Source of the DNA: Eledone cirrhosa
Lineage: Eukaryota
Assembly: GCA_964016885.1 (NCBI GenBank)
Contig: OZ024741.1
Span: 240,994,001-241,058,000, forward strand
Length of the DNA: 64,000 nt
Direction: 5' to 3'
Positions 26,031 through 39,805 of this stretch are shown here, piece after piece. How positions within the stretch are numbered: the first letter of the stretch is position 1; every line of letters starts with the position of its first letter. The notes below the pieces were generated by a model. That model searched no databases, was not told where the DNA came from, and saw only the letters and a program-made list of their open reading frames with translations. The translations under genes and the position numbers were made by a program.

Positions 26031-26962
26031 TCTATATATATAAAACTGTGGTTGTCTGTCTGTCTATCGATTTTTGGCACACATCTCCTCTTAGAATCTC
26101 TCACGGAATTGCACCGAAATTGCTATACTTGTACATTGAACCCTAGCGAAGACATCGGAAAAAAAATATTTCAAATTGACCCACCCTATGTGACGAAATC
26201 GAATATAATGTATCGATTTTTGAGCGTAAGTTATCAGTTATTTCCCTTTGTTCTGTTTACATTGAGCGTCTTACGTAAAAAATTACGCTGGCTTTCTCAG
26301 CGTTTAAAATGACATTAACACAATACACGAACAGTTGTCGAGCCAGCAAAATATTGACCTGCAAAATTCATCAGTTCGAACACTAAGCTTCCGTTTTGCT
26401 TCATTTCCATTTAAAAGCATTTTAAAACAATATTTTTACTTGAAAACAAGTCTATTTAAAGACTACGTAAAACAAGCAAATATTTCGTCGTTAGGCGTGC
26501 AGACAGACAGTCGTGCAGAGAGGTGATATACGCGTGCAGACAGATAGTCGTGCAGAGAGGTGATATAGGCGTGCAGACAGACAGTCGTGCAGAGAGGTGA
26601 TATAGGCGTGCAGACAGACAGTCGTGCAGAGAGGTGATATAGGCGTGCAGACAGACATAACTGATAATTTGGTTACGCTAATGTTTTTCTCTGCGTTGCA
26701 GTGTTTACATTTTCGATCTTTGTTAATAAATAACCAGTGCAGTTTCTATCCCCAGCATCCTCTTTTGTTATAACATTCGGGTTATCGTTATGTTTTCTTA
26801 ACTTCATAAGGCATATTGTTGGTTGAGGGAATATTAATCAAAAACACCACATGCAAGTCTGCACAGTAGACACTACAGTTTTTAAGCCAAGAAAGAAACT
26901 TAACATTGTAACTTTAACACAGCTACTGAGCGACCCCGAGCAACGCCGGGCTTTACTGCTAG
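26031..26962 (+). mobile_element. Non-autonomous Helitron
   Basis: A|TC 5' end (tctatatatataaaac...gtctgtctgtct), subterminal GC hairpin ccccgagcaacgccggg, CTAG|T 3' end, no TSD. Confidence 0.85.
26493..26657. repeat. 37-bp tandem repeat (~4.4 copies) inside the Helitron
   Basis: Unit gcgtgcagacagacagtcgtgcagagaggtgatatag. Confidence 0.95.
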
Positions 26963-27429
26963 TGTATTATATATCAATATTATGTGCAATAAACAGCAAA
27001 TTGGTACAGTTGTTAGAACATTAAAGGATAGTCTCTGCCAAGTTTAAAATGCCAAAGTATGTCACTAAAGCACCTCTACGACTTCATCAGAAGTTACAGG
27101 TCCATACATGAACTGGCAGTATCGATATATGCAATATATGCAGAGGTGAGTTGGGTTCAGTTCACACCAAACAGTTGTTACATCAAACAATTGTCATATT
27201 TTCTTAGATGTGTACTGGTTGCTAACTTTTTGCTGGACACTAAAGAAATGCATAATCAGAAGAAAAGTTACATCGAGTAAAATAACTGCCCCCCCATCGC
27301 CTTTAAACATCAGCTTTTGATGGCCATTTCATATTTCCATGTGGAAGTTCATGATTATTTTTGGTGCATAAAATTTTCTATTTTAATATGAAATTATTTT
27401 GAAGCAGTTTTCTATAAATGAAGGTCACT

Positions 27430-27640
27430 GGACAGATTTTACAGGCAAAACCAACTGGCTGGAGACCCAGGGATAGACCTCGAGCAAGATGGTTGGATAA
27501 CATTCATGATCTTGGCTGGTCACACTTGGGGATCCAGCTGGACCAGTTGGGGATGGTTGCTTCAGACAGGAATGCTGGAAGGAGTGTTTGAGGTCTTTGC
27601 CCCCATGAATAAGTGGGTGAAGAAGTGAAGAGAAGAAGAA
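27430..27640 (+). mobile_element. 3' fragment of another RTE family
   Basis: ILQAKPTGWRPRDRPRARWLDNIHDLGWSHLGI...ASDRNA; (GAA)-type tail. Confidence 0.75.
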
Positions 27641-28988
27641 TTGGCAGAGACATTAGGGTGTTGAATTAAAAATGGTTCACTATTTCTGGCTCATTGCACC
27701 CTTGAGTTCAAATCCTGCAAAAGTAAACTTTGCTTTTCATTCTTTCAAAGTCAGCAGATAAAGTACCAGTCCAGTACTGGTGTCAATCCTTCCTCTGTTT
27801 CCTTCTCCAGAGGAACCCAGCTGTGTTCTGACTTGGAGAGAGATGGTTTAAAATGTCCAAGGCATGTCATGTGTCAGGACAGAGTCCCTATGACTCCCTT
27901 AGAAGTTAAGGATTTTTTTATCTTAGCTTTCTATAACCAAGCAACTTTCTGATGGCAGCTCAAACATAATTTTCAGTAAGACATCTACTGCTGACATTTA
28001 TTGAACTATCACAAGATGTATTACTTAATGAACACATCAACAAATGTCACTGCTGATTTGTTTTTTCTAAAACTTTATCAATATATGTAACATTTGTAGT
28101 GATTGAAATACTCTTGTACATACACATACACTGACACATATGGATACATAGACACAGTAGACACAGATACACAGAGACACACACACCCATACATACACAG
28201 ACACACACATAGACACACACACAAACACACCCATAAACACATCCTTACCTTTTTCCTCAATCAAATTCTATCACAGAGTATTGGTCAACCTGGGTCTATG
28301 ATAAAAGACACATGCCCAAGTACAATGTGTGACAAGGCTGGCCCTTTGAATTACAGGTACAGCTAATCTTCCAAACAGTTTCTATGTACCCAATTTTACT
28401 CAAAAGGCATCAGCCAATCCAAGGTTATGGTAAATAATACTTGCTCAAGATGCCATACAGTGAGATTGAACCAAGGAGCTAATAATTGTAACGTGAAAGA
28501 CTTAACCATTCAGTCATGTTGTATCTACATTCAAGTGTTACAAACCTATCAAACCCATACTAGTAGTAAGAGTTGGTGATGGTCTGTTGAGTTTCATGGA
28601 AGAGATAACCATTGACCACACAATGTCTGTTCACTCTATTGCACACTTCCATGACTCATGACTTTCTGTATGGCAAATCAAATGAACATTTAAACATGAT
28701 GCTAAGGAATACGATAATTATTATAATGAGGATCTTCATCATGGTCCTGATGACAATGATGATGATAATGAGTATTTGTATATATATATATATGTATGTA
28801 TGTATCTCTCTCTCTCTGTCTCTCTTTCTTTCTATATATATATGTATCTGTATGTGTATATATTTATATATATATATATATGTGTGTATATATGTGTGTA
28901 TATATATATATATATACACACATTTATATACACACACATTTTACCCGCCCTAGAAAAATATATATAAATATATATATATATAAATATT

Positions 28989-29019
<31 letters not shown>

Positions 29020-29022
29020 ATG

Positions 29023-29055
<33 letters not shown>

Positions 29056-29182
29056 ATGCATGTGTATATATATATGTGCGTATATATGTGTGTGTGTATC
29101 TGATGGCACGCCAGTTACACCTAATAAGACCTGACAGACAGATGCCAGCATGGAAAGTGGACCTAAAATAATGATACTTATG

Positions 29183-29235
<53 letters not shown>

Positions 29236-29293
29236 TTAGAAACACAAACACACACATATATACACACATATATATATTTACACACACACATAC

Positions 29294-29402
<109 letters not shown>

Positions 29403-30655
29403 CACTCACACACAAGGACTATAGTGGTAAGTGATACTCAATCCAAACATAAGTTACTACTTACACAGTCAATTGCAAACACACGCTCATACAGTTCGTA
29501 CATACATGGTTGGTTTACCCAACCAAATCATTACATGACAAATGACAAAGAAGACAAGAAAAAGAAAGAGGAAGATTATAGAGAGAGGCGAGAGAGAAAG
29601 GGAACAAGCATTAACTCCCCATTTCTATCACTGTCTCACTATTTCATTAGTTAGAGAAACCCTCCAAACACAATACACAGAATGCGAACAATACAACAGA
29701 ACCATAACACTTGCTATTCAATTGCCATTTAGCAATCTACTCACTTTACACATGAGACTATTCTTCATGATTTGATCCAGAATATTCTAGCATATTTCAC
29801 ACCCAATTAAGCATAGCAATCATTATGCAATAAAGATTGTGTGATAATTCTAACGAGAAGTAATTTGTACATCATTAGTTCAACTTTGGTCAATTAAAAC
29901 ACATCTTCTCTCCGTCTTACGGTAATATATTGTTGTGTGAAATATCAGACGCTATTCCAGTTTAAATATTGGATCTACTCATCTGTGAAAATTATAGCAT
30001 AGCTGTTAATTGTGTATGTATGAATATATTGTGCACACTCACACATACACATGCAAACAGGTACAAACATGTACAAATACACACAGAGATGAAAGCATGC
30101 ACACACACACACATACACACATACACACACACACACATACACACACACAAACATGTACAAATACACACAGATAAAAGCATGCACACACACATACATACAC
30201 AAACCTGTGCAAATACACAGAGAAATAAAAACATGCACACACACACAAACATGCACACACATACACAAACATGGGCAAGTACAGAGATAGAAGCATTCAA
30301 ATATACACACAGGCACATATACATACTCACAAATACACGTGTGTGAGTATGTATGTGTGTGGTGTACATGTATGTGTTTGTGTATGATTTTGAGACAATT
30401 ATTGCATAGCTATTAATTGCATATGTGTATGAATGTATTGTATGCATACATATATGTGTGTGTAAGCATGTATATTTGCACGTGCATATATCTGTGTATA
30501 TATCTATTTGCATATGCGAGCTTGCATAATATATATATATATATATATATATAAGTATTGAAATTTCCGTTGGAAACAGAAAAGGTCATAGAAATGAAGA
30601 GTGCTCTATGTAAGTATCAGAGCAAAATTTAATGTATAAAAATCAATACAATATA

Positions 30656-30733
30656 ATTACCTCATTACCAGAGGTTTCCCGAATGAGGCGAATACGAAAT
30701 AAACGACTTCATTCGTTCGTCAGACGAGGCAAT
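30656..30733 (-). ncRNA. Hammerhead ribozyme motif (mirror copy)
   Basis: Reverse complement of 32739-32816. Confidence 0.75.
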
Positions 30734-31403
30734 ATAAAACATGGGCAAATACTTAGAAAAACACATCAAGAAAATCAAAAAAAGATATAGATAAATGAAA
30801 TAGAAATTGAAATATATAAAAATCTATCAAGAAGTATAGTTAGGTGTGTGTATATGTATGTATATACGCTCACAGATGTGCATATATGTATATGTGCACA
30901 TGTAAATGTATAGTGACAAAGTGTGCGTAATTCTAAAATATGTATCTATATGTCTGTATTATACAGACAGAAATGGTTACATCGTAAATATATGAATATG
31001 AAAGCGCGCGCATAAAACGCTTGGACACTCGTACACTTAGATGCGGAAAGAAAGGAGGTAAAGGGAGTGTAATAATTAAAAGAAAAGTATCAGTCTCGAT
31101 ATATTTATAAAAATATAATAACGATAAATTAGAAAGAAAAGATATTAGAAAGAAAAAATTAAAGAAAACAAAAAAAGGGGGGTACATACATACACAGACA
31201 CGCGTGTCTCACAAAAGAAATATAAAAATAATTATGCTTATATACACACGCGCACTTACACTTCCATACGTACATACACACACACACACACACATACTTA
31301 TACTCACGCATATAAACCTGTTTGCATGCCCACGTATGAAACTGAGTAAGTAAAAAAAGAGGGAAGGGGGGGGGGGGGGGGGGGAAAAAGGAACAAAACA
31401 TAA

Positions 31404-31541
31404 ATATTGCAAAATCTTAAATCACCAAAGACCTGCCTGAACACAAAGACGGAAATTTTCACCAGTTGCCCACACATGAAATCACACCTGCTTTCCAGCT
31501 TATATAAACTTAACACACTTTCAGATACTTATCCTCCATAA
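31404..31541 (+). pseudogene. Last 45 codons of a PLE ORF (end of GIY-YIG region)
   Basis: ILQNLKSPKTCLNTKTEIFTSCPHMKSHLLSSLYKLNTLSDTYPP* fits the PLE terminal LN.r.E....C.H..k..L motif. Confidence 0.65.
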
Positions 31542-31926
31542 ACTCTTATTATTCTCTTTTTAATTACCCTTTCTGACTTACTTTCATTTTTATCCTTGTC
31601 AATAATTTCATTTATTTTCACTTTTATTTATTTTTACTTCACCCCCCCCCCCTATATTCTCCGATCCACTTCCTATTTTCTATTTTTTACTTCCCCTTCT
31701 TTTACTTCCCTTTTTCCTCCACTAACTGATTACACTTGTCTTTTGTGTTTTTCAATCCAGATATATTTTTCATTTTCATTTTTATTTTATTTTTGCGCAG
31801 CCTATCTTACAATTTTATTTTTGTACTTATTTATCCACATTTCAATATGGCTGAACGCCTTAATGTGTGTATACTTTTTATATATGTACATGAGTGACTA
31901 CGTATGTGCGCGCGCGTGCGTGTATG

Positions 31927-31965
<39 letters not shown>

Positions 31966-32738
31966 ATATATGTGTGTGTGTACAGGTGTTTGTGTGTGTG
32001 TGTATGTATATATTATGCGTACGTGTACGTGTCTTTACATCCGTGTTTTTGACATCTCGGTTTTATGTTTTGTTCCTTTTTTTTTCTTTTTTTTCTCCCC
32101 CCCCCCCTCCCTCTTTTTTTACTTACTCAGTTTCATACGTGGGCATGCAAACAGGTTTATATGCGTGAGTATAAGTATGTGTGTGTGTGTGTGTGTATGT
32201 ACGTATGGAAGTGTAAGTGCGCGTGTGTATATAAGCATAATTATTTTTATATTTCTTTTGTGAGACACGCGTGTCTGTGTATGTATGTACCCCCCTTTTT
32301 TTGTTTTCTTTAATTTTTTCTTTCTAATATCTTTTCTTTCTAATTTATCGTTATTATATTTTTATAAATATATCGAGACTGATACTTTTCTTTTAATTAT
32401 TACACTCCCTTTACCTCCTTTCTTTCCGCATCTAAGTGTACGAGTGTCCAAGCGTTTTATGCGCGCGCTTTCATATTCATATATTTACGATGTAACCATT
32501 TCTGTCTGTATAATACAGACATATAGATACATATTTTAGAATTACGCACACTTTGTCACTATACATTTACATGTGCACATATACATATATGCACATCTGT
32601 GAGCGTATATACATACATATACACACACCTAACTATACTTCTTGATAGATTTTTATATATTTCAATTTCTATTTCATTTATCTATATCTTTTTTTGATTT
32701 TCTTGATGTGTTTTTCTAAGTATTTGCCCATGTTTTAT

Positions 32739-32816
32739 ATTGCCTCGTCTGACGAACGAATGAAGTCGTTTATTTCGTATTCGCCTCATTCGGGAAACCT
32801 CTGGTAATGAGGTAAT
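32739..32816 (+). ncRNA. Type-I hammerhead ribozyme motif
   Basis: auugccucgu CUGACGA a cgaauga...ucauucg g GAAA cc ucu gg UA augagguaau: 10-bp stem I, 7-bp stem II, short stem III, GUA site. Confidence 0.75.
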
Positions 32817-32838
32817 TATATTGTATTTATTTTTATAC

Positions 32839-32894
<56 letters not shown>

Positions 32895-33594
32895 TATACA
32901 AATACACACAGCATTAAACACATGCAAATATACACACATACACTTACTCATAATGTGTGTATGTGGATGTCTGCATATTTGTATATGCATATATGTATAT
33001 GTGTGTGTAGATGTATTATGTACATTTGTATATGCATATGCATATGTGTGCATTTATATATGCATGTTAATATGTGTATATGTATATATGTGTGTGTGTG
33101 TGTGTGTGCACATATGTACATGTCTGTGTTTGTGTCTGTATGTGTGAAAGAGAATTATTTCATTGCTATTACATATGTGTGGATATGAACATGTATTTAT
33201 ATGTATGTACGTCTGTGTATGCTTTGGGTATGTGTATATATGTATATTTGTATGTGTGTATGTGTGTGTGAGAATTATTGCTTAGCCACTGACTGGGTAT
33301 GTGGATCTACGTGTGTTTGTACTTGTGTTTATGTGTGTGTGTATGTGTATGTGTGTATATGTGAATATTTCTTTGCAGCCATTGGTTATATGTCAGTGTG
33401 GTTAAGAATTTCAATTCACAAAAGCATATTTTCAGGGTCAGTCTCACTGAGTGGCACCTTGAGCAAGTCTCTCATGCTATAGACTTTGGTTAATTGATAC
33501 ATTGAATGAATTTCAGCAGACAGAAACTGTGCAGAAGCCTCTCATATGTATATATTCATGTGTTGTAGTGGACTTGAGCACTGTACACAATTGG

Positions 33595-33998
33595 AATGGC
33601 AGTATCGGTAGAACACTGGACAACATGCTTTGCAGAATAGAGTTACGACCCTTTACGTTCTGCATTTAAATCCCATTGAGGTTAGCTTTGCCATTCATCC
33701 TTACGGGGTCAATATGATAAAGCACCAGTAATGCACTGGGGTCGATTTATTTGATTATCCCCCTCTCCCAAAATTGCTGCCCTTTTGCCTATAATAGAAA
33801 TCATTGTTATATTTTGGATTGGCAGTATCAGTGGAGGGTCGGACGCCATGCTTTCCAGCATAGTTACGTCCCTTTACGGTGAGTTCAAATCCCGCCGAGG
33901 TTTACTTTGCCTTTCATCCTTACGGGGTCGATAAAATAAAGTACCAGTAATGTACTGGAATAATTGCTGGCCTTGTGCCTAAAGTATAAACAATTATT
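33595..33998 (+). mobile_element. Tandem pair of SINE family A (long variant plus short variant)
   Basis: Two bodies; the first carries the extra ggggtcgatttatttgattatccccc segment. Confidence 0.88.
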
Positions 33999-34271
33999 AT
34001 ATTTTATATATGAAGGCGTGAGGCTGAATGGTTAAAGGATTGGACTCGCAATCATGAGGTTGTGAGTTAGTTTCTCGGATTAGGCGATGCGTTATTTTCT
34101 TGAAAAAGACACTTTATTTCATATTGCTCCTTCTACCTGGAGTTGTGACTGATAGATAGTATTAGCAATTAGAAAGACCAATGGAAACATTGTTTCCTTG
34201 GTCCGATTTGACGAAAGTTGATCGGTCCTTTTTTTTAATATATATATATATATATACATATACACATACAT

Positions 34272-34600
34272 TGAGGCACATGGCTTAGAGCATTGGCCTT
34301 GCAATCGAAAGGTTGTGAGTTCAATTCTCAGACCGGGTGATGTGTTGTTTCTTTGAGCAAGACACTTTATTTCACATTGCTCCAGTTTACTCAACTGAGA
34401 GGATAGGGACTGGGGTCCCTATCATTCCACTGCAAAGTGGATGTGGAGGTGCCACGGAAAAAAAGCACCCAGGACTCACTGTAAATGAGGTTGGTGTTAG
34501 GAAGGGCATCCAGCTGTAGAAATCAAGCCAGAATCAGTTCCCGTCCCACCCTTGCAAGCAGGGAAAAGCAGACGTAAATGACGATGATGATGATGATGAT
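34272..34600 (+). mobile_element. SINE family B
   Basis: Near-identical to 8864-9206 with small deletions. Confidence 0.9.
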
Positions 34601-34603
34601 ATG

Positions 34604-34638
<35 letters not shown>

Positions 34639-34649
34639 TTATATATAAA

Positions 34650-34878
34650 TCCAGCCCACACTGTAAAGTGGTTGTGTAAAAGACATGGCAAAAAGCATCT
34701 AGCACACACTGTAAATGTGGTTGGCATTAGAAAAGGCATCCAGCCATAGAAAACCAGCCAGAAACAGTCCTATATGAGTGAGGCACGAGCACCTGACCGA
34801 ACTTGCCTCTAAATGGGACAAACGCGTCAAACCCATGCTAGCATAGAAGATAGAAGTTAAACGATGATGATGATGCTG
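34650..34878 (+). mobile_element. RTE 3' UTR/tail fragment
   Basis: ggttggcattagaaaaggcatccagcc...cccatgctagcatagaa...(GAT)n; similar fragment on minus at ~36895-37080. Confidence 0.8.
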
Positions 34879-34989
34879 AGGAAATATATATATGCACACA
34901 CACACACACACACATGTGTATATATATATATATATATGTGAAAAGTAAATGGAAAACCACAATGCAAATAATACAGTACAATGGGGATA

Positions 34990-35025
34990 TACATTTGTTT
35001 CAGACGTTAGTCTTTCATCAGAAGA
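34990..35025 (-). ncRNA. Partial minimal hammerhead motif
   Basis: CUGAUGA a agac uaac gucu GAAAC; stem I not paired; homologous to 56815-56852. Confidence 0.45.
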
Positions 35026-35117
35026 TAGAATGAGAAATAAAAAAAAGCATTAGAAAGATAGAGGAGAGTGAGAAGAGGAAGAAAGGAAAAAAAAGTTTTT
35101 TTTATTTATGTATATGT

Positions 35118-35510
35118 TTATACATATTGGTGCAGTCTCGGTTACACACTCTGTAATAATAGATATAATATTATTATACACTTCAGCTACTAGTGCACTT
35201 CTCAATATACACCTTAATTATTAACATGTGCACTAATTATATGCAAATTAGTATGTTCATTTCAGAATAATACTCTGAGCAAATGGGTACATATACTCAC
35301 CAAATACATGTTTCCTTGTGGTTGAGTATTTATATGAAGAAGACCCAATTCGATATGAAAATCGATTAAAGGTGTTTATCATTTGTGTATGTGTGTGTAT
35401 GTAATTCGTATTTGCATGCCTCTAAATTAGATATCTGTATATATGTATACATGTTGATGCAGTCTCGGTTACACACCCTGCATTTATACAGATGTAACTT
35501 TATCATATAC
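35118..35510. repeat. ~60-bp direct repeat at ~326-bp spacing (possible tandem pLTR remnant)
   Basis: tatacat..tgcagtctcggttacacac at ~35120 and ~35446; decayed tgaaga...gaaa atcgat ta between them. Confidence 0.55.
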
Positions 35511-36445
35511 TAGCATTAAAGCATGGCGTTGCTCGGGGTCATTAAGTTACCAAAGTTAGGTTGCACCACCCATTTTATGGCAGCACTTTTTTGTCTGCCA
35601 GGCACTGGGTGAATGAATTGCAGACCTGGACTGCCGAAGCATGAGCTGCGCCAGCAGTGACAATTGTAGTTTCGCCTATGGATATTATCTCTGTGCAAAA
35701 AAGTGTTGAAATTTATTGTTTCACAGTACTTGCACAACACGCGCGTAGACGATGCCAGCCGAACAACAGAGCTGCGATGGAGTTGTTCTGCATGGTTGTC
35801 TGTGTGTTTTCTAAATTTAAGACAGTAGGGAGGGTTGTGATATGAGGGAGAGTTAGCTGTTGTTTCTAGCAGGTTTAGTGACCTCATAGAGGATATGTGT
35901 TTTCTAAATTTAAGACAGTAGGGAGTGGTGTGATATGGGGGAGAGTTAGCTGCTGTTTCTAGCAGGTTTAGTGACCTCATAGAGGATATGTGTTTTCTAA
36001 ATTTAAGACAGTAGGGAGTGGTGTGGGGAGGGGTGTGATATGGGGGAGAGTTAGCTGCTGTTTCTAGCAGGTTTAGTAACCTCATAGAGGATATGTGTTT
36101 TCTAAATTTAAGACAGTAGGGAGTGGTGTGAACGGACAGTATCACCATCAAGCTTGGAAAGAGAAAGTAGCAAAAAGTATGAAGTTGTATAGATTTTGAA
36201 TGGTAGTAGAAAGGGTTTAGCAGTTTAAATGAGAGAGAAAAATCGTAAAATATTGAGTTTTATCTATTTTTTGCGTAATTGTGGGTGAAATTGAAAAAAT
36301 TATATGCGTCAAGACGCAATCGAAACTATTTCGAATACTGAATTGTAAATTTCAATTGAAGAAATTCTATATCGTAGATTTCTATAACGAAGGAGCATGA
36401 CCACACACTGAGCTTTATAGATTATGATGATATATATATATATAT
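35510..36445 (-). mobile_element. Non-autonomous Helitron with internal 93-bp tandem repeat
   Basis: Minus 3' end gaccccgagcaacgccatgctttaatgCTAG|T matches the end of 26031-26962; ~3.4 copies of a 93-bp unit at ~35802-36130; 5' TC end uncertain (36420-36445). Confidence 0.75.
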
Positions 36446-38059
36446 GATATTTGTTATGCATAAGAATAACAAAAACTACAAACCTGAATAAAGAACACAA
36501 TACTAGCTTCTATTACTGACAGGGGTGCCCTTGGTTGCATCTTTGGATTTTTTTCAGAGTATTGTAAAAACAATAGCTCAAAAGTGTCCATATAGCATAT
36601 TTAGTAGCCAAAATAAGAGTATGTTAATACCAAGAAAATACAATTACAAAGGTTAAAATTGAAAAATTATGAATACAGTTTGACAAACCCCCTCCAACCA
36701 TTTCAGTTGACCGCTAGAGATATGTTGCTTCAGTGCTTTAAGGTTGATACAACTAGCTCTAATGCACAAGAGATAGTAACAAATGGGCAAAGGACAAGAC
36801 GATAGGCCTAACAACTATTTACAAATAATAGTAAATTTGTCATGAACCCATGATCTGCAATTTTTCAAACATGATATATATATATATATATATCCTCATT
36901 ATCATTTAATGTCCATTTTCCACGCTAGCATGGGTTAGACAGGTTGCCCCATTAGAGGTAAGTTAGGTCAGGCTACTGTGTCTTGCTCATATAGAACTGT
37001 TTCTGACTAGATTTCTATGGCTGGATGTCCTTCCTAATGCCAACCACATTTACAGTGTGGGCTGGATGCATTTTGTTGTGACACAAATAAAACATTACTA
37101 TCATAAACAAATGAGTATTCTTAACCTAATTCTCAGGGAGATTCAGAGACACATTTGATCTTTTAAATTAGAATTAATATCGATCTGATAGGCTTACAGA
37201 CTGTTTTCATACATGCAATATCACTTATAAGAAATGAATGTGTATGTAGATGAGTATTCCACTGACATGTGTCACTAAAAGTCTAAAGCCTGTATCAAGC
37301 CTGGTGGCTCATTAGGCAGATTCTTATCCCAGTTTCCTTGTGTTAAGTGATTGAAAGTACAAGACCTTCTCCTGGACAGGATGCTAGTTCATTGCAAGGT
37401 TAAACCACAGCTGTTACTGCTGGTACTCATTTTCAGCAGAGTATACTGGAGCAACATGAAATTATGTATTTTGTTCAAGAATACAATGCACATCCCAGTC
37501 CAGGAATCGAACCCACAACATTATGATTTTAAGTCCAGCACCCTAACCACTAGGCCATATACCTTCACAACACCCTAACCACTAGGCCATATACCATAAC
37601 CTGATTTTCAGGGAGATTCAGTGATACATTTAACTCTTTCAATTAGAGTTTCCATCAATTTTACAGGCTTCCACACAGTTTTCATCTATCCAATTTCGCT
37701 TTCAAGTCTTAGGTTGGCCTGAAGACTTGATGCTGTGGCAAAAGATACTTGATCAAGATGTCATGCAATGAGACCTGACAAACAAGGTTCTTAATCTTTC
37801 AGCTATACTGTTGCAGCTAAGCTGAGCCTACAAACAACATTGAACAAACAAAGAAACCTCATTCATCAATGAAAATGAGCATAAACCAAAACTATTTTCC
37901 CCATATGAAATGTTGAGAGAGAAATACAGTGAGAGAGAGAGGGAGACTGTGTGTGAAAGACAGATAGATATAACCATAGTAACTAACTACACAGCAAGTG
38001 ACTTTCCTGCCCATACCGCAAGCTTGTTGCCAACCAATGTTGTCGATTTGTGTATTCAT

Positions 38060-38165
38060 TACTCGAGACACCATTCGTGAACCAAGATGTTTTAGACTCA
38101 GAAACATTGTCCGTTAACTGATTTGTTTGTGATGAGAGGCGTTCGTGAACCGAGGTCTCACTGTA
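38060..38165. mobile_element. One terminus of a pogo/Tigger-like DNA element
   Basis: Repeated ttcgtgaacc subterminal motif and end ...gaggtctcactg|TA; other end not found. Confidence 0.5.
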
Positions 38166-38749
38166 TTTGTAAAACCATAGAAATTTATTTAATTTCTTTC
38201 TAATTGCTAAATCATTAGGTCCATGATAAATGATAATGCATTTATGACTATCTCAACCATCAACACAACCATCCTACTAATGATGGTAACATGACATTGG
38301 GTACTTAATGAGATACTCTCACAACATATCTTTAATATGCTGACAATATCAAATGTCTTTCCTCCCCTAATTAATCTAACCGTCTCGTTAGTTCAATTAT
38401 AATTTCAACATTCCTTACTCTTGCTTCGTTTAAGAAAAGACGAATTTGCATATATCTGTGAATTATCACATATTAACTTTGTGTTAATTGCAATTTTTGT
38501 TATTGCTGCAATTGTTGTTGTTGTTGCTCTTGTTGTTGTAGCTGCTGCTGTTGTTGTTATTATTGTGTTGGAGGTGTTGTTGTTGTAGATATTGTTATTG
38601 TTTAGCCCCAGGTTATTTCTGAAGGGTCATCTGTCCTTTATTCAAGAATAGTATATCTAGGACTACATTGTTTAATGTGTGATATGATTTAAGGGAGATT
38701 CATCAGTTATTTCTAGCAAGTCACATTCTCAATCCTTCTTTTATTTGTG

Positions 38750-39315
38750 AGGTAGTAGTGGTAGTAGTGTGGTGGAGGTGATGTGGGGGTGTGGTGGTGG
38801 TGGTGGTGTGGTGGTGGTGTGGTGGTCCTGGTAGTGGTGGTAGTAGTGTGGTGGTGGTGATGTGGGGTGTGGTGGTGGTGGTGGTAGTAGTGTGGTGGAG
38901 GTGATGTGAGGTGTGGTGGTGGTGGTGTGGTGGTAGTAGTGTGGTGGTGGTGATGTGGGGTGTGGTGGTGGTGGTGGTAGTAGTGTGGTGGTGCTGGTAG
39001 TGGTGGTAGTAGTGTGGTGGTGTAGGTGGTGGTGGTGGTGGTAGTAGTTTAGTGGTAGTAGTGTGGTGGTAGTGTAGGTGGTGGTGTTAGTAGTGTGGTG
39101 GTCGTGTGGGTGGTGGTGTTAGTAGTGTGATGGTGTTGGTGGTGGTAGTAGTGTGGTGGTGTTGGTGGTGATAGTAGTGTGGTGGTGTTGGTGGTGTAGG
39201 TAATGGTGCTAGTAGCGTGATGGTGTTGGTAGTGTGGGTAGTGGTAGTAGTAGTGTGTGTAGTGGTGGTAGTGTGATGGTGTTGGTAGTGTGGTTAGTGG
39301 TGGTAGTTGTAGTGG
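38750..39315. repeat. Degenerate (GGT/AGT)n low-complexity tract
   Basis: Direct reading. Confidence 0.9.
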
Positions 39316-39354
39316 TATAGGTGTTTATATCATGAACAAACGTACACCTGTTTC

Positions 39355-39707
39355 ATAACAACAACAACAACAACAACAACAACAATATCAGCAACAACAA
39401 AAACAACAACAACAACAATATCAGCAACAACAAAAATAACAACAACAACAACAACAACACCAATATCAGCAACAACAAAAATAACAACAGCAACAACAAC
39501 AACAACAACACCAATATCAGCAACAACAAAAATAACAACAACAACAACAATATCATGAAAAACAACAACAACAACAACAACAACAACAATACCAGCAACA
39601 ACAACAACAACAACAACAATATCAGCAACAACAAAAACAACAACAACAACAACAATATCAGCAACAACAAAAATAACAACAACAACAGAGACAACACCAA
39701 TATCAGC

Positions 39708-39741
<34 letters not shown>

Positions 39742-39805
39742 GAGACAACTACAACATTAACAAAAACAACAACAACCATGCTGATAACAACAACAACAAC
39801 AATGA
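39355..39805. repeat. (AAC)n with recurring atatcagca interruption (36-54 bp higher-order units)
   Basis: Direct reading; source of poly-N/V/L ORFs. Confidence 0.93.

Larger units (their letters stand above)
30631..32841 (+). mobile_element. 5'-truncated Penelope-like element with ~775-bp inverted terminal duplication
   Basis: 30631-31404 is the near-exact reverse complement of 32062-32841; the spacer holds a PLE ORF C-terminus; hammerhead at the outer end of each arm; (TA)n on both flanks. Confidence 0.85.

Noticed and set aside
30933-32539. Duplicated 84-aa gene (identical ORFs at 30933-31187 and 32285-32539)
   Set aside because: Consequence of the inverted repeat; low-complexity, no domain
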